64,000 nucleotides of DNA from Octopus vulgaris. Taxonomy: Eukaryota. The notes beneath the pieces are model-generated. The model was given only the letters and a program-made list of their open reading frames with translations, was not told the origin of the DNA and did not search any database. The stretch is taken from the NCBI GenBank assembly GCA_951406725.2, contig OX597834.1, positions 29,512,001 through 29,576,000 on the forward strand, written 5' to 3'. Positions within the stretch are counted from its first letter, which is position 1; each line of letters opens with the position of its first letter. The position numbers were made by a program, and so were the translations under genes. This document shows, in pieces, positions 41,971-55,566 of this stretch.

Positions 41971-42193
41971 ATATATATATATATATATATATTGATATGT
42001 ATGACAAGCTTTCACAGTGTTTGTATCTCTCAGATTTCCTCACAAGGCCTGGCCTGACCTGATGTTCTTATAGCAGACACTTGCTTCAGGTGGCAAACAG
42101 TGTGTTGAATCTGAAACTATGTACTTGAGGTAAACTTCTTAACCACAAAGTCATATTTGCACCACCACCCCCAAATATATATGTGTGAGTGCA

Positions 42194-42241
<48 letters not shown>

Positions 42242-42464
42242 TGTGAAACCATTAAACCAGGCATTTTTTTTTTGTCTCTTTCCCTTTTCTTTCCTTGTTC
42301 CTCTCTGTAGAAGAGTGTTGCTTCGAAATCTTTAAGACTTTTCCATTTTTCCTGAGCATCAAACTGATGCACCTTGTTTCTTCTTCCCTGACCTGTCTCT
42401 GTCTTCTGCTTTTTTCTGCTTTTTGAACCACACACACACACACACACACAATATATATATATAT

Positions 42465-42498
<34 letters not shown>

Positions 42499-42614
42499 GT
42501 GTATATATGTATATATATATATATGTATATATGTGTATATATATATATTATATATTGTATATATATATATGTATATATGTGACACACACACACAAATATA
42601 TATATATATATATA

Positions 42615-42678
<64 letters not shown>

Positions 42679-42760
42679 GTGTATATATATATATGTATAT
42701 ATGTATATATATATATATGTATATATATATGTATATATGTATATATTATATATATATATG

Positions 42761-42814
<54 letters not shown>

Positions 42815-42879
42815 ACATATCTGTGTATCTTCATACATTGTAACTTGTATATATATACATGTGTCTACATCTCCCTATA

Positions 42880-42913
<34 letters not shown>

Positions 42914-43420
42914 TGTGTGTATTGATTCATACTCCCAATAAGTACACTTATTGCGTATGCAGTTATGTATATATTCATTTCTATTATGATAAATTTATGT
43001 ATTACATGAATATCAAATGAAGGAGACAAAATAAGCAGCGGAATTAGTTTGGATTTTGAGTGCAGTCTTCTGAGGGAAGATGGTCATTTGACATGAATTC
43101 AGTGTTTTAAACATATAGATGTGCCCATCCATTTATTGATGCTTAGCACATTTACATAGATGTGTCATCTTTATAAATAACCACACAGAAGTCGACTCTG
43201 TTATTACTGTCATACATATAGATGGGTATTTGTCTGGCATTCAAATAGCTCTCTAAGCATACATATATTTTATTATATACTTGTGTATATATATACCCGT
43301 AAACTTGCTTTTCTTAGTTATATATATACACTGTTACTGGGCATTGTGTTTATGCATATGAAGCTAACTTATTCACCTATTAGACAATCATTTAGAAACA
43401 GAGAAAGCTATACACTGACT

Positions 43421-43460
<40 letters not shown>

Positions 43461-43735
43461 ACACACACACGCATATGTATATATATATATTGTTACCACA
43501 TTTGCTATCACATCAATCATCAGTTATATTAAAGATGCCAATGCAGTTACAGACATGATTATTAAGTATTGGTAATATATTGAACTTGGTGATCAGTGTC
43601 CCATCGAAGGTAAACTTGTGGTGAGTCCGAGTCCTTAATTTGCTTCTTGTTGTGTTTTCTGTTTAGCCCCAGGTTGGTCCTGATTGAGAAACACGCCTAC
43701 AAGGAAACATATTGTAGTTGCTATAGTTTTCTTAA

Positions 43736-43954
43736 CCCTTTAGTGTTCTGATTATTCTATCAAACATAATGCTTATTGATTCACATTGATTTGAATTAAT
43801 CATGCATTATCTCATATCTTCAAGATCATGATGGTGTAATTACCTAATGTAGAATAACATAGTAGGGTAGGTGTGAGAGCCTGGATCTAGTCAGTTTGAA
43901 TATAAAACAGATTAAATATTTTGGCTGGATATGGCCAGTTTAAATACAAAAGGT
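43736..43954. mobile_element. Older piggyBac-type MITE
   Basis: TTAA-CCCTTTAG at the left end and a degenerate ...acaaaaggt-TTAA at the right end; non-coding, about 220 bp. Confidence 0.5.
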
Positions 43955-44191
43955 TTAAACAACGTATATTTTAGACTACATTGTCCAGTATGTTCTTTCT
44001 GTTTCAGTGTAGGATTTGTGGGAGACTTGGCTACCATTTCCTAATAAGCCAAGTATTGTGGAACCACATACCAATTCCTTTAGTTTTGTTTTAATTGAAC
44101 ATTTCACTTGTAATTGTTTAGAATTTAGAGCCAAAGAGTTTTGTACTTCAATAAATCCTTTGTCCCTATTCTCTGACCTATGTTCAACCTG

Positions 44192-44550
44192 ATCATCATC
44201 ATCATTGTTCGACCATAGTCAAGACAATGGAATTTACTATGTTACGCCAGACTTCATGGTCCATCATAGCATAACGGAGGTCCTGTTGCTGGATGCCTGT
44301 ATCTCTGGAGATTACATCAGTGTAGGAAAGTGTGTGCCCTCTGGTATCGCAAGCAGATGGCTTCCAGAGAAGAGTAGAAATTACCTCGTTTTCAGCTCTA
44401 CAACAATGTCCAGCAAACTGGACTCTTCTACCTTTCACGAGAGATGATACAGGTGGTAGTTTCCCATATATTTGTACTTTGGTTGGATGACACTTTCACG
44501 AGAGATGTTGAGCTCTTGTAAGGAGGCGAGTGTAAGTTCCATCCAACCAA
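44192..44550 (-). mobile_element. RTE/RTEX-like LINE 3' fragment
   Basis: RRVQFAGHCCRAENEVISTLLWKP...RGHTLSYTDVISRDTG...AMMDHEVWR, followed by an (ATG)n tail. Confidence 0.72.
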
Positions 44551-45241
44551 CCTGAAGTTGATGGTACACTCTCACCATTTTTTTTCTCTCTTTCCAACTG
44601 TCTTCATCAAGACCCTTGTTCCTGTCCCTCGATCATAATTTAACTTCTCAGCACCTGACATAATGCCCCTCCCTCAATACAACCCTCCCCCACTCAGTTG
44701 AGGGATTTTGTCTTGTGACTTTCTTGGTGACCTCCCTAAAAAGAAATAAAAGCACCATGTACCCAGGTCCCTGAAAGTAGCACCAGGTACACTCTGTAGG
44801 ATGGTTGGCATTGTAGGATGGTTGGCTTAATCCTCTAGCTCATTGGTTCCTGTCAAAGTGTCCAACCTATGCCAGCATAGAAGACATCAAATGATGATGA
44901 TGATGTCTTTCCTACTGGATGCCACTCAGTTGTGAGGTTGGGAAGAAAATCAGTTGTGAGTCAACTATTCTGACACACACAAATATAGTTGTGCAGTTGA
45001 TGTGAGGGCAGCCAAAGGTGATAAGGTAGGTGACAAAGTAACATCTGTGGTAAAGTTTGAACTCCTAACAATGTTCAGAAACATAATTAATTATTACAGT
45101 CTTCAGAAACATAATTAATTATTACATAGTTTTGTAGACCTGTATTTGTTTTTGCTTTTCATATCTATACCACTGGCTATTGTTAAGTTATTTTTCTCTT
45201 AACCCCTTTTTGCTTAATTTATACATATATGCATGTATATA

Positions 45242-45648
45242 GGTGCAGGAGTGGCTGTGTGGTAAGTAGCTTGCTAACCAACCACATGGTTCCAGGTTCA
45301 GTCCCACTGCGTGGCACCTTGGGCAAGTGTCTTCTGCTATAGCCCCGGGCCGACCAATGCCTTGTGAGTGGATTTGGTAGACGGAAACTGAAAGAAGCCT
45401 GTCGTATATATGTATATATATATGTATGTGTGTGTGTTTGTGTGTCTGTGTTTGTCACCCTAGCATTGCTTGACAACCGATGCTGGTGTGCTTACGTCCC
45501 CGTCACTTAGCGGTTCGGCAAAAGAGACCGATAGAATAAGTACTGGGCTTACAAAGAATAAGTCCCGGGGTCGATTTGCTCGACTAAAAGGTGGTGCTCC
45601 AGCATGGCCGCAGTCAAATGACTGAAACAAGTAAAAGAGTAAAGAGTA
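45242..45648 (+). mobile_element. SINE family A full copy
   Basis: Complete head-to-tail match to 23793-24191. Confidence 0.87.
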
Positions 45649-45835
45649 TGTGTGTGTGTGAATGTATATCATAAAACTATAATGACAGACAGATCAGTCT
45701 TTTATAAAATATTACTGTTCACATTCTAATTAATCTATGAGCAAATTTGTCTAGATTAATTACAAATGATCTTTTCCAAAGCTTACATCACATGAATGTG
45801 CATAGTCTCTCATACACATACACACACACACACAC

Positions 45836-46240
45836 AGGTGTACATGCACACACACACACAGGTGTACATGCACACACACACACAGGTGTACATGCACACA
45901 CACACACACACAGGTGTACATGCACACACATACACACACAGGTGTACATGCACACACATACACACACAGGTGTACATGCACACACACACACAGGTGTACA
46001 TGCACACACACACACACACAGGTGTACATGCACACACACACACAGGTGTACATGCACACACACACACAGGTGTACATGCACACACACACACAGGTGTACA
46101 TGCACACACACACACAGGTGTACATGCACACACACACACAGGTGTACATGCACACACACACACACACAGGTGTACATGCACACACACACACACACACAGG
46201 TGTACATGCACACACACACACACACAGGTGTACATGCACA
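45836..46240. repeat. Minisatellite CAGGTGTACATG(CA)n with variable 22-28 bp units
   Basis: More than 15 consecutive units are visible. Confidence 0.92.
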
Positions 46241-47298
46241 CACATACACACATGCGTGCACATATACACATGCACACACATGTGCATATATACACGTGCA
46301 CACGCACACACGAGTATACACACTGTGCACACATTTCACACTTGCCTACATACACATATGCACTTCCTTCAACCAGAATTAGCAGACATGAATAGATGCT
46401 TCTTTCTCTCCTTCTCTTTGCTCACCTGATATCTATGTTTCTGTGCCAACTGAAGAATACAGACAGCAGAAGAGTTCTCACTTTGATTTATGCACCAAAA
46501 GAAAATGTCAATGACATTTTGACCAGTTCTATCTAAGTGGTCAATTGAATCTATTTTCTCTGGCTTCATGACTCTCTCAGAATATAACAAAGAACAATGG
46601 TGGTGGTGGTGGTGGTGGTGGTGGTGGTGGTGGTGAGGAATGCCTTTGCGTATGGCCTATTGACAGCGCTTCCAAAGAGCACAGTCAGCTTGAAGAATGA
46701 ACTCTTTTGAAACATTTGTGAGGAAGTGAAAAGGCTCGGGAGTTCTTGTGACCTTTACCAGAATTTTGAATAACCTCTTTCTTATAAAAGTAAAGCAAAA
46801 ACAAACAAACAAAAAAGAAGGTTAGCACCAATGGACAAATAGGTAAAGGTCTATTTATATATATATTAACATGTTTTCTAGTGTCATTTTGATTTAGGTG
46901 GCTGAAAATTCAATGTTCCATGTGTGCAGTTTAAATCAATGAATATTATTCACGTGCACACACACACACACACACATTTATGTGGGCTTGTATGTACGTG
47001 TGTGTACTGCCGATATTTCTAGCCTGCCTCTTTTATACCAAGTACTGGTATCAAACCAAGTTATGATTTAATTTCCTTTCTACCCTAGGCTCAAGGTCCC
47101 AAATTTTTTTTGGGAGGGAGCCAGTCGGTTAGATCGACCCCAGTACACAACTGGTACTTAATTTATCAGCCCCTAAAAGGATGGAAGGGTAAGTCAAACT
47201 TGGTGGAATTTGAACTTAGAATGTAAAGACAGACAAAATACCACTAAGCATTTCACCCGTCATGCTAACATGTATAAATATATATGTATATATATATA

Positions 47299-47515
47299 CA
47301 TTCGATCTAGTACATGGAGTTTCATCAGAGTGAATACAAATACATAAAATAATAGAAGGGAAGAGGGAAAAACAGGGCCTCAAGATGAGGCCAGAAAGCT
47401 CAATATGTTAGAATCATACCATTTTGCAGTGTGAGGCCCTGTTCTTCCCTCTTCCCTTCTTTTATTTTATGTATTTGCATTCACTCTGATGAAACTTCAT
47501 GTACTAGATCGAATG
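47299..47515. repeat. Foldback: 84-bp arms with a 49-nt spacer, within (TA)n
   Basis: 47299-47382 versus the reverse complement of 47432-47515: 80/84 identical. Confidence 0.92.
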
Positions 47516-47560
<45 letters not shown>

Positions 47561-49462
47561 CACTGGCCTGGCTGTGCATTAAGAGTTTTGCTTCCCAACC
47601 ACATAGTTCTGGGTTCAGTCTGTTGTGTGGCACCTTGAACAAAGTGTTGTCTGCTATACCCCAAGGTTAGCCAAAGCTTTGTGAGTGGATTTGGTAGACA
47701 GAAAATGAAAGCAGTCCATCATATGTATGTGTGTACATGTGAGTGTGTGTGCATGTGTGTGTAAGTGTGGGTTAGTTGCAAATGATTTCATTGTTATTCA
47801 AGTAGTATTATTCATTTCCACTATTTTGCAAGAGCATGTCTCGCCATGAGGAAATATTCCCTAGCTTGAGGTTGGCATCGGGAAGGACCTGTGAGCATAG
47901 GAAATCTGCTTCAGTAAACTCCATACAACCCAAATAAGCACAGAAAGACAGATGTCAAAATGATGATATACCTATGTACCCACACACACATCATCATCAT
48001 CATCATCGTCATTTAACTTTCCTTTTCCATGCTGGTGTTTTATAGGTATACATAAACACACACAGACATACACACATATTTAGTTTCCCTATATAGCAAT
48101 GGAGGAGGATAGTTGTTATAAACAGGTATAGCATGCTTAGTACAAGAAAAAGAAGGCTTTCTATTCAATAGGCAAATAATCTTTCACCAACAAATTTGAA
48201 CCTCTGGCTTACAAATCAACCATTTCCTCACTCTGTCTATTTTATTGATACTACAAAGCCCTCTTCTCTCCTTTAGCCAATCCCAAACCATCTCCAGCAA
48301 AGTTAACTATTATCATTCTGTTGCCATCTGTCACTTCTCTTGTGTCTCACCAACCATGTCCCACAATAATCATTTCCTTCAAACTTTCTTCTTCAGAATA
48401 AAAAAAAAGCTCTGAAATTTTTGTCCTGCCCAAGTTTTGTCTGCCAACATCATCTCACAGATGTGAAGATTTTGTATGAAGTACGGCATTCTTACTAATT
48501 GCAGAGAATTTTGAAGGGTCTATGATGAAATATTTGAATATTTTATTAGAGCAATTGTTTACCACAAGTTGGAGGACCTTCCTGATTAAACTTCCATTGG
48601 TTAGAGAAAAGTTATGTTTGTCTCGTCTCTAGGTAGAACAACCTGTACCTACCACATGCACCCAACCATCATTGTACATCAGCAAAATATGGCTGCCTGT
48701 GCCTCATCTGGAGCTAAATTTGTGTGGATCATGTCCAGTTATTTGACCAACTAACCTACTCTATATATCTACTTAATCAGGGCTAATCTTCAGCTACACA
48801 ATAACATCAGATATAGAAAGGCTTGAACTCCTAACCAAATGAATATTTGGCTCGGTAAATTCAACAGTGAGTTTCAATGTACGGAACAAGGCCAAAAAAA
48901 TACAATTTTAATCTTCAGTATGAACAATCGAGTTCATTTTAGTACAGAAAAACAGGATTATTTGGAAAATATATTTTGATTACGATTATAAACAAAAATC
49001 ATTTATTACAAATCACAAGATTTTCTACATTAGCTTTGTCATCGCCTCCCCACCGCCCCTCTCTCTTTCTCTCCCTCTCCCTCTCTCTATCTCTATCTCT
49101 CTCTCTCTCTGTCCCTCTCTTAAAATAAAAAGCTAATTCTAATACTAAAATCTTGTTTAATTGCTGGATGATCAAAATTTTAATACTTTTCCAGTTTGCA
49201 TTATTCTATAATCTGTGTTCAATTTAGTGTCAATAATAACAAAAATAAAAGATTATTCACCTGTTTGTTCACTCATTAGCCATTTGTGGAGAAGAGAATG
49301 TCATGGCCTTTTTTTTTTTCAGAAACTGGTTTTTCATTGGACTCCTGTGATTGAGCCCCAGTTATTGCCTCTTCTCTTTTGAGAGCTTCCCTTTGAGGTC
49401 TATTTTTCTAACTCTCTTCCCCAACTCTCTCTCTCTCTCTCCAATCTCAAACAGAAATATAT

Positions 49463-49867
49463 GGCGCATGAGTGGCTGTGTGGTAAGTAGCTTGTTTACC
49501 AACCACATGGTCCCGGGTTCAGTCCCACTGCGTGGCACCTTGGGCAAGTGTCTTCTACTATAGCCTCGGGCCGACCAAAGCCTTGTGAGTGGATTTGGTA
49601 GATGGAAACTGAAAGAAGCCCGTCGTATATATGTATGTGTGTGTGTGTTTGTGTGTCTGTGTTTGTCCCCCTAGCATTGCATGACAACCGATGCTGGTGT
49701 GTTTACGTCCCCGTTACCTAGCGGTTCGGCAAAAGAGACCGATAGAATAAGTACTGGGCTTACAAAAAGAATAAGTCCCGGGGTCGAGTTGCTCGATTAA
49801 AGGCGGTGCTCCAGCATGGCCGCAGTCAAATGACTGAAACAAGTAAAAGGGTAAAGAGTAAAGAGTA
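49463..49867 (+). mobile_element. SINE family A full copy
   Basis: Complete head-to-tail match to 23793-24191. Confidence 0.87.
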
Positions 49868-50705
49868 TGAGTGTGTGTGTATGCATATGTATATCTGTTT
49901 CTTTATTGCCCACAAGCGGCTGAACACAGAGAGGACAAACAAGGACAGACAAACGGATTAAGTCGATTACATCGACCCCAGTGCGTAACTGGTATTTAAT
50001 TTATCGACCCCAAAAGGATGAAAGGCAAAGTCGACCTCAGCGGAATTTGAACTCAGAACGTAGTGACAGACGAAAAACTGCTAAGCATTTCGTCCGGCGT
50101 GCTAACGTTTCTGCCAGCTCACCAGCTCGCATATGTATATCACTGTGATCACCATGACCGACCAGGCTATCAGATGTTGTTACACATCGCTGGTCACAAT
50201 GCGCTTCACATTGTTTTTAGCCTTCAAATGACGCCATTTACTCATCCAGTAAAGGTCACTTGACTGATTAGCATAAAGCCATCAACAGCCATGTCCCCGC
50301 CTTTGTCTGTCCCATCTGCTTTTTCTACTGCAACTATATTGACCTCTGCTTCTCAGAGTTGGTTGAGGTCATGTCATGTCTGCTCACGCATTTCTGATTC
50401 ACCTCTACTCCACTCATTGTATTTGTTGCATCTAACCCCTTAGCCCCTTTACACTAACTACTACATCTAGTCCTCCTTTCTCGAGCTCCCCCTTCAAATA
50501 ATTCAAGAGTAACATCAAGCTCATTTGTCTTAGACGGCCTGCAATGGTTATGGACATTATCTCTTCCGGGAGACACAGCAATTAGAAAAAGAAATATATT
50601 TATCAACCAGACTATTGGAGATTGTTATAAACCAATAGTCACAATGTGATTCCTCACATTGTTGTAACTTTCAAATGATACCACCCAAATGGTTAGGTGC
50701 ACATG

Positions 50706-50738
<33 letters not shown>

Positions 50739-52209
50739 CTAGCCTCCACTGACCATTCAAAATACTACAATCAAGGTACTCCCAAATTCTTCCTCGTCTT
50801 CCTCCCCTTCTCCTCCTCCTCCGCCTCCTCTTTCTTCTTCTTCCCTACTAAGAATTCACAACGACCCCAAACCCACAAGAGTAAACAAGAGAGACAGAGA
50901 CAGGCACAAACAAGGAAAATGCCACTTATATCTGAACATTATACAAATATTCTTTTAAAAAAATTTTCTTTTAATTTTTCTAAATTTAATTATTTAATTG
51001 TTACAGTTGAAAAGGTCTCAATGATTGAAACCGGTACTGAAATGTTCTTTATAAAATTATTTTAGCATTTTCTATCCTGACATGTTTTTTCATATATATA
51101 TATATATATATATAAAATGACAAAGATGATAATGATATATATATATATATACACCAGAATAGCTATGAATAGTACAATCATTTTTGCATGTAGCCTTTAG
51201 ATTATTTTAAACATCACAGGCAAGGCCATACTGGAGTACTAATGTTCTTTTGTTTGTTTCTTTATTGTAACATTTGTTGTTGTTTATCCCTGATTAAGCA
51301 AATTTAAACTCGAAGACAGTCCAGCCATGACCATCCTTGAGAAGACCTGGCAAATAATGTGAGATCACAGCTGTAGACTATACCAGTGTTGCATAACCAG
51401 CCCATTTAAAAAGTACCTTTGAATCGTCGGGTGACACGCTGTGCTTGAGGAGACCTATTGAGTCAAGTAAAATTAAAAATCAAATCACAATCAAATGGAA
51501 ATTGTAGTTGTGACCGATACCAGTTCCACCTGACTGGCTCCCATGCTGGTGGTATGCAATGAGCACCATTCATGCATGGGTCGTTGCCAGTGCCACCTGA
51601 CTGGCATCCCGTGCCAGTGGCATATAAAAAGCCATCCCCCACCGCCTCGACAAGCTCCTGTACCAGTTGCACATGAAAAGCACCCACTACTCTCTCGGAG
51701 TGGTTGGCATTAGGAAGGGCATCCAGCTGTAGAAACATTGGCAGATCAGATTGGAGCCTGATGAGGCCTCCTGGCTTGCCAATCCCCAGTCAAACTGTCC
51801 AACCCATGCCAGCATGGAAAACAGACGATAAATGATGATGATGATGATAATGATGTACAGTCAGATTATCCAGTGTCTGTTTCTCTTTTTCCTTTTCAGG
51901 GCTGAGGTTGTTGTTTGAGGGCGTTCTTGAGTGCTATTTCTAGTAATGCAAGCAATCGAGACCTTCTCATTGGTTCAGTGTTGTATTGATACTGTTCCAA
52001 AAGCAGTATTTATATTGTTGTGCCCAACAATAATATTATATTATATACTACATCTAGGGCAGCCTTTCTTTCTTCAAATTCTCTCAAAGTACTTTTTGCA
52101 ATGCATTGCTTATACTTTCATCCTTCTTCCAAGACATTCTCAGATCCTTCAAAAACAGAAAATACTAAAAAAAAAAAAGATTTTCACTGTTTTTTCCACC
52201 AATTGTCTT

Positions 52210-52226
52210 ATCATTATTATTATTAC

Positions 52227-52268
<42 letters not shown>

Positions 52269-52306
52269 TACTACTACTACCATTATTATTATTATTACTA
52301 TTATTA

Positions 52307-52349
<43 letters not shown>

Positions 52350-52409
52350 TACTACTACTACTACTTCCATTATTATTATTATTATTACTATTATTATCAT
52401 TATTATTAC

Positions 52410-52451
<42 letters not shown>

Positions 52452-52501
52452 TACTACTATTATTATTATTATTATTACTATTATTATCATTATTATTACT
52501 A

Positions 52502-52532
<31 letters not shown>

Positions 52533-52572
52533 TATTATTATTATCATTATTATCATTATTATTATTATTATT
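52210..52572. repeat. Long (TAT/TAC)n compound microsatellite
   Basis: Direct inspection; it generates the poly-I/Y/N pseudo-ORFs. Confidence 0.95.
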
Positions 52573-53384
52573 GGTTCTTTCATTTGTTAAGATAAAAAAA
52601 AAAGACGAAGAGGAAAGTTTAATTTCTTTGGCAAGTTTAATGACTCTTGCTATGATAAATCTGCCATATTCCATAAAATTATACCATTAACATGTTGAAC
52701 TATTTTAATTAGTTACACACGCACATACTACACACACATACACACACGCACACGCACACGCACATGAGCATATATATACTCGCAGACACACACATATACA
52801 CACACACACACACACACTATCTTCTCTTGTTAGTTTCGTAATTGGATCTGACAAGGAAAAAGTTCCGCTTCTAGTTCCAAATAACCTTCTACTTTTGCTA
52901 AATGATGTTTCTTCCCCCCCCCCAACCCCTGCCATCCCCCCCCCCGCTTTTACTGTCATCACCAACATCAACCGAACCACCACCACCGACACCACCAATA
53001 CCACCCTACTTCACCACCTCCCACTTACCACGTACGACCCAGTCCCCCATGTGTATTCTAATATCACATTGTCAAAGCTGCACATAAATGATAATTCTTC
53101 AATATTATTACATCGGCAGCAATGTTAAGGGTGATGGGGAATACTCAATGTCAGCGGTGGTGGTGGTGGTGGTGGTGGTGCTGGGGGGGCTGGTAGAAAT
53201 GGCGGCAGAGGGGGCGGAGTGTGGGGGGTGTGGTTATTACTGTTGTTAGTGGTGGCGGTGGTGGTGGTGGTGGTGGTGGTGAAAATGTTGTTGTTTGTTG
53301 GAATGATGGTCTTTCCAATGATACTGGTAGTGGCAGTGGTAGGACGGAGACAATGGTAGCGGTGGAAAGGCTGTTGCCAGTGGT

Positions 53385-54545
53385 GATGGTGGTGGTGGTT
53401 GAGGTAGTAGTGGAGGTGGTTGTATGGTGGTGGTTCTGGTGGTTGAATTGGTAGTGGTATAGTGGCAGTGGCAGAAATGATGGTGGTGGTATTGGTGGTG
53501 ATGGTGGTATTGTTGGTGATGGTGATGGTGGTGGTTGAGGTAGTAGTGGGGTGGTTGTATGGTGGTAGTTCTGGTGGTTGAATTGGTAGTAGTATAGTGG
53601 CAGTGGCAGAAATGATGGTGGTGGTATTGGTGGTGATGGTGGTATTGGTGGTGATGATGATGGTGGTGGTTGAGGTAGTAGTGGAGGTGGTTGTATGGTG
53701 GTGGTTCTGGTGGTTGAATAGGTAGTAGTATAGTGGCAGTGGCAGAAATGATGGTGGTGGTATTGGTGGTGATGGTGGTATTGGTGGTGAAGGTGGTAAT
53801 GGCACTGGTGGTGGTAGAAATGGTGATGGTATCCTGGTGTAAGTAGTCAATGGTAAAGAAAACAATAGGGGTTGGGATGGTGGTGGTGGTGGTGGTGGGG
53901 AGACAATTTGATTGTGATTAAGGGGGTAATGGGGGTGACACAGTAATGGTATATCAATGGTGAAAATGGTTCTAGTTTTCTGATAAGGAGATGGAGAAGA
54001 GGTGAATATTTGAACATTTGCAATATATGTGAGGGGATGGAGGGGGGTGGAGATCATAAATGATGCATGACATAAGAGCGAGAAAGAGGAAAAGAGAGAG
54101 AGAGAGAGAGAGAGAGAGATGAGGAGGAAGGGAAGGAGGGAAAGAGAGAGAGAGAATACATAGGTAACCCAAAATAAAGATGAAATGGAAGAAAACAATG
54201 AGTCAAACTTTCACCACCATCACCATCTCAGCAACAAACCACCATCATTACCACCATCACCACTACCACCATCACCACTACCACCATCACCACTACCACC
54301 CACCATCACCACTACCACCATCACCACTACCACCATCACCACTACCACCGTCACCACCACTACCATCACCACTACCACCATCACCACTACCACCATCACC
54401 ACTACCACCATCACCACTACCACCATCACCACTACCACCGTGACCACCACCATCATCACCACTACCACCATTACCACTACCACCATCACCACTACCACCA
54501 TCACCACTACACCATCACCACTACCTCCATCACCACCTTCACCAC
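53385..54545. repeat. (GGT)-derived higher-order repeats (three units of about 120-150 bp) and a 15-bp CCACCATCACCACTA minisatellite (54245-54545)
   Basis: ggttgaggtagtagtgg...agtggcagtggcagaaatgatggtgg occurs three times; the 15-mer array follows. Confidence 0.8.
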
Positions 54546-55022
54546 TACCAGCATCATCATACCATCACACCATTGCAATTGCACCACCACACTTACATGC
54601 CATCACCCAAATCACTCCTACTACCACCACCACCATCACCACCACCACCTGATCATCACTACCACAACCATAACCAACCAATACGATTCCACTATACCAT
54701 CATTGCCACTACTCCTACCACTCCCCACAGTGACAACAATGCTAACCCCATCTGACACCATAAGTTGAAAAGTCAAGACAAATTCAAGAAAAACATCCAG
54801 TGAAGTCCTCCTAATTATCTCCTTTGCTTGTGTTTAGTGGGGTTTGATAGGTTGTTTGTTTGTTTGATTGTCTCATTGTTTGTCTTTGTCTGTCTCTTCT
54901 ACTCAGTGTACAGCTTACAGTTCCTTTTATTGCCATCAAATAAGAGAGCAGTGGATGAAAGTGCTCTCACCTCTCTCTTTCTCACTCTCTCTCTCTCTCT
55001 ATCTATCTGTCTGTCTCTGTCT

Positions 55023-55092
<70 letters not shown>

Positions 55093-55190
55093 ATCTCTTT
55101 CCCCCTCTGGTAACTGTCAGAGAAATATTCAGTTGCTTGGGTTGAAGATCTATCTTAGCTAAATATGTCTATGTTCATGTGTATGTGTGA

Positions 55191-55232
<42 letters not shown>

Positions 55233-55401
55233 ATTTATGTATGTGAATATTTGCCTGTGTATTTATTAATTATATTTATATTGCTTGTTCAGTACTTAAT
55301 ATGAACAAACACATCCCAGTAACATAACCATAAAAATAAATGCACCCATCTATATACACACACTCGTATATATATATACATACTCACACACACACATGTA
55401 C

Positions 55402-55433
<32 letters not shown>

Positions 55434-55445
55434 ATTATATATCTA

Positions 55446-55566
<121 letters not shown>

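Noticed and set aside
51875-51960. Strong plus-strand acceptor (tttctctttttccttttcag) as an exon start
   Set aside because: Downstream sequence matches the dispersed gctatttctag repeat seen many times in the window, and there is no credible ORF or donor.
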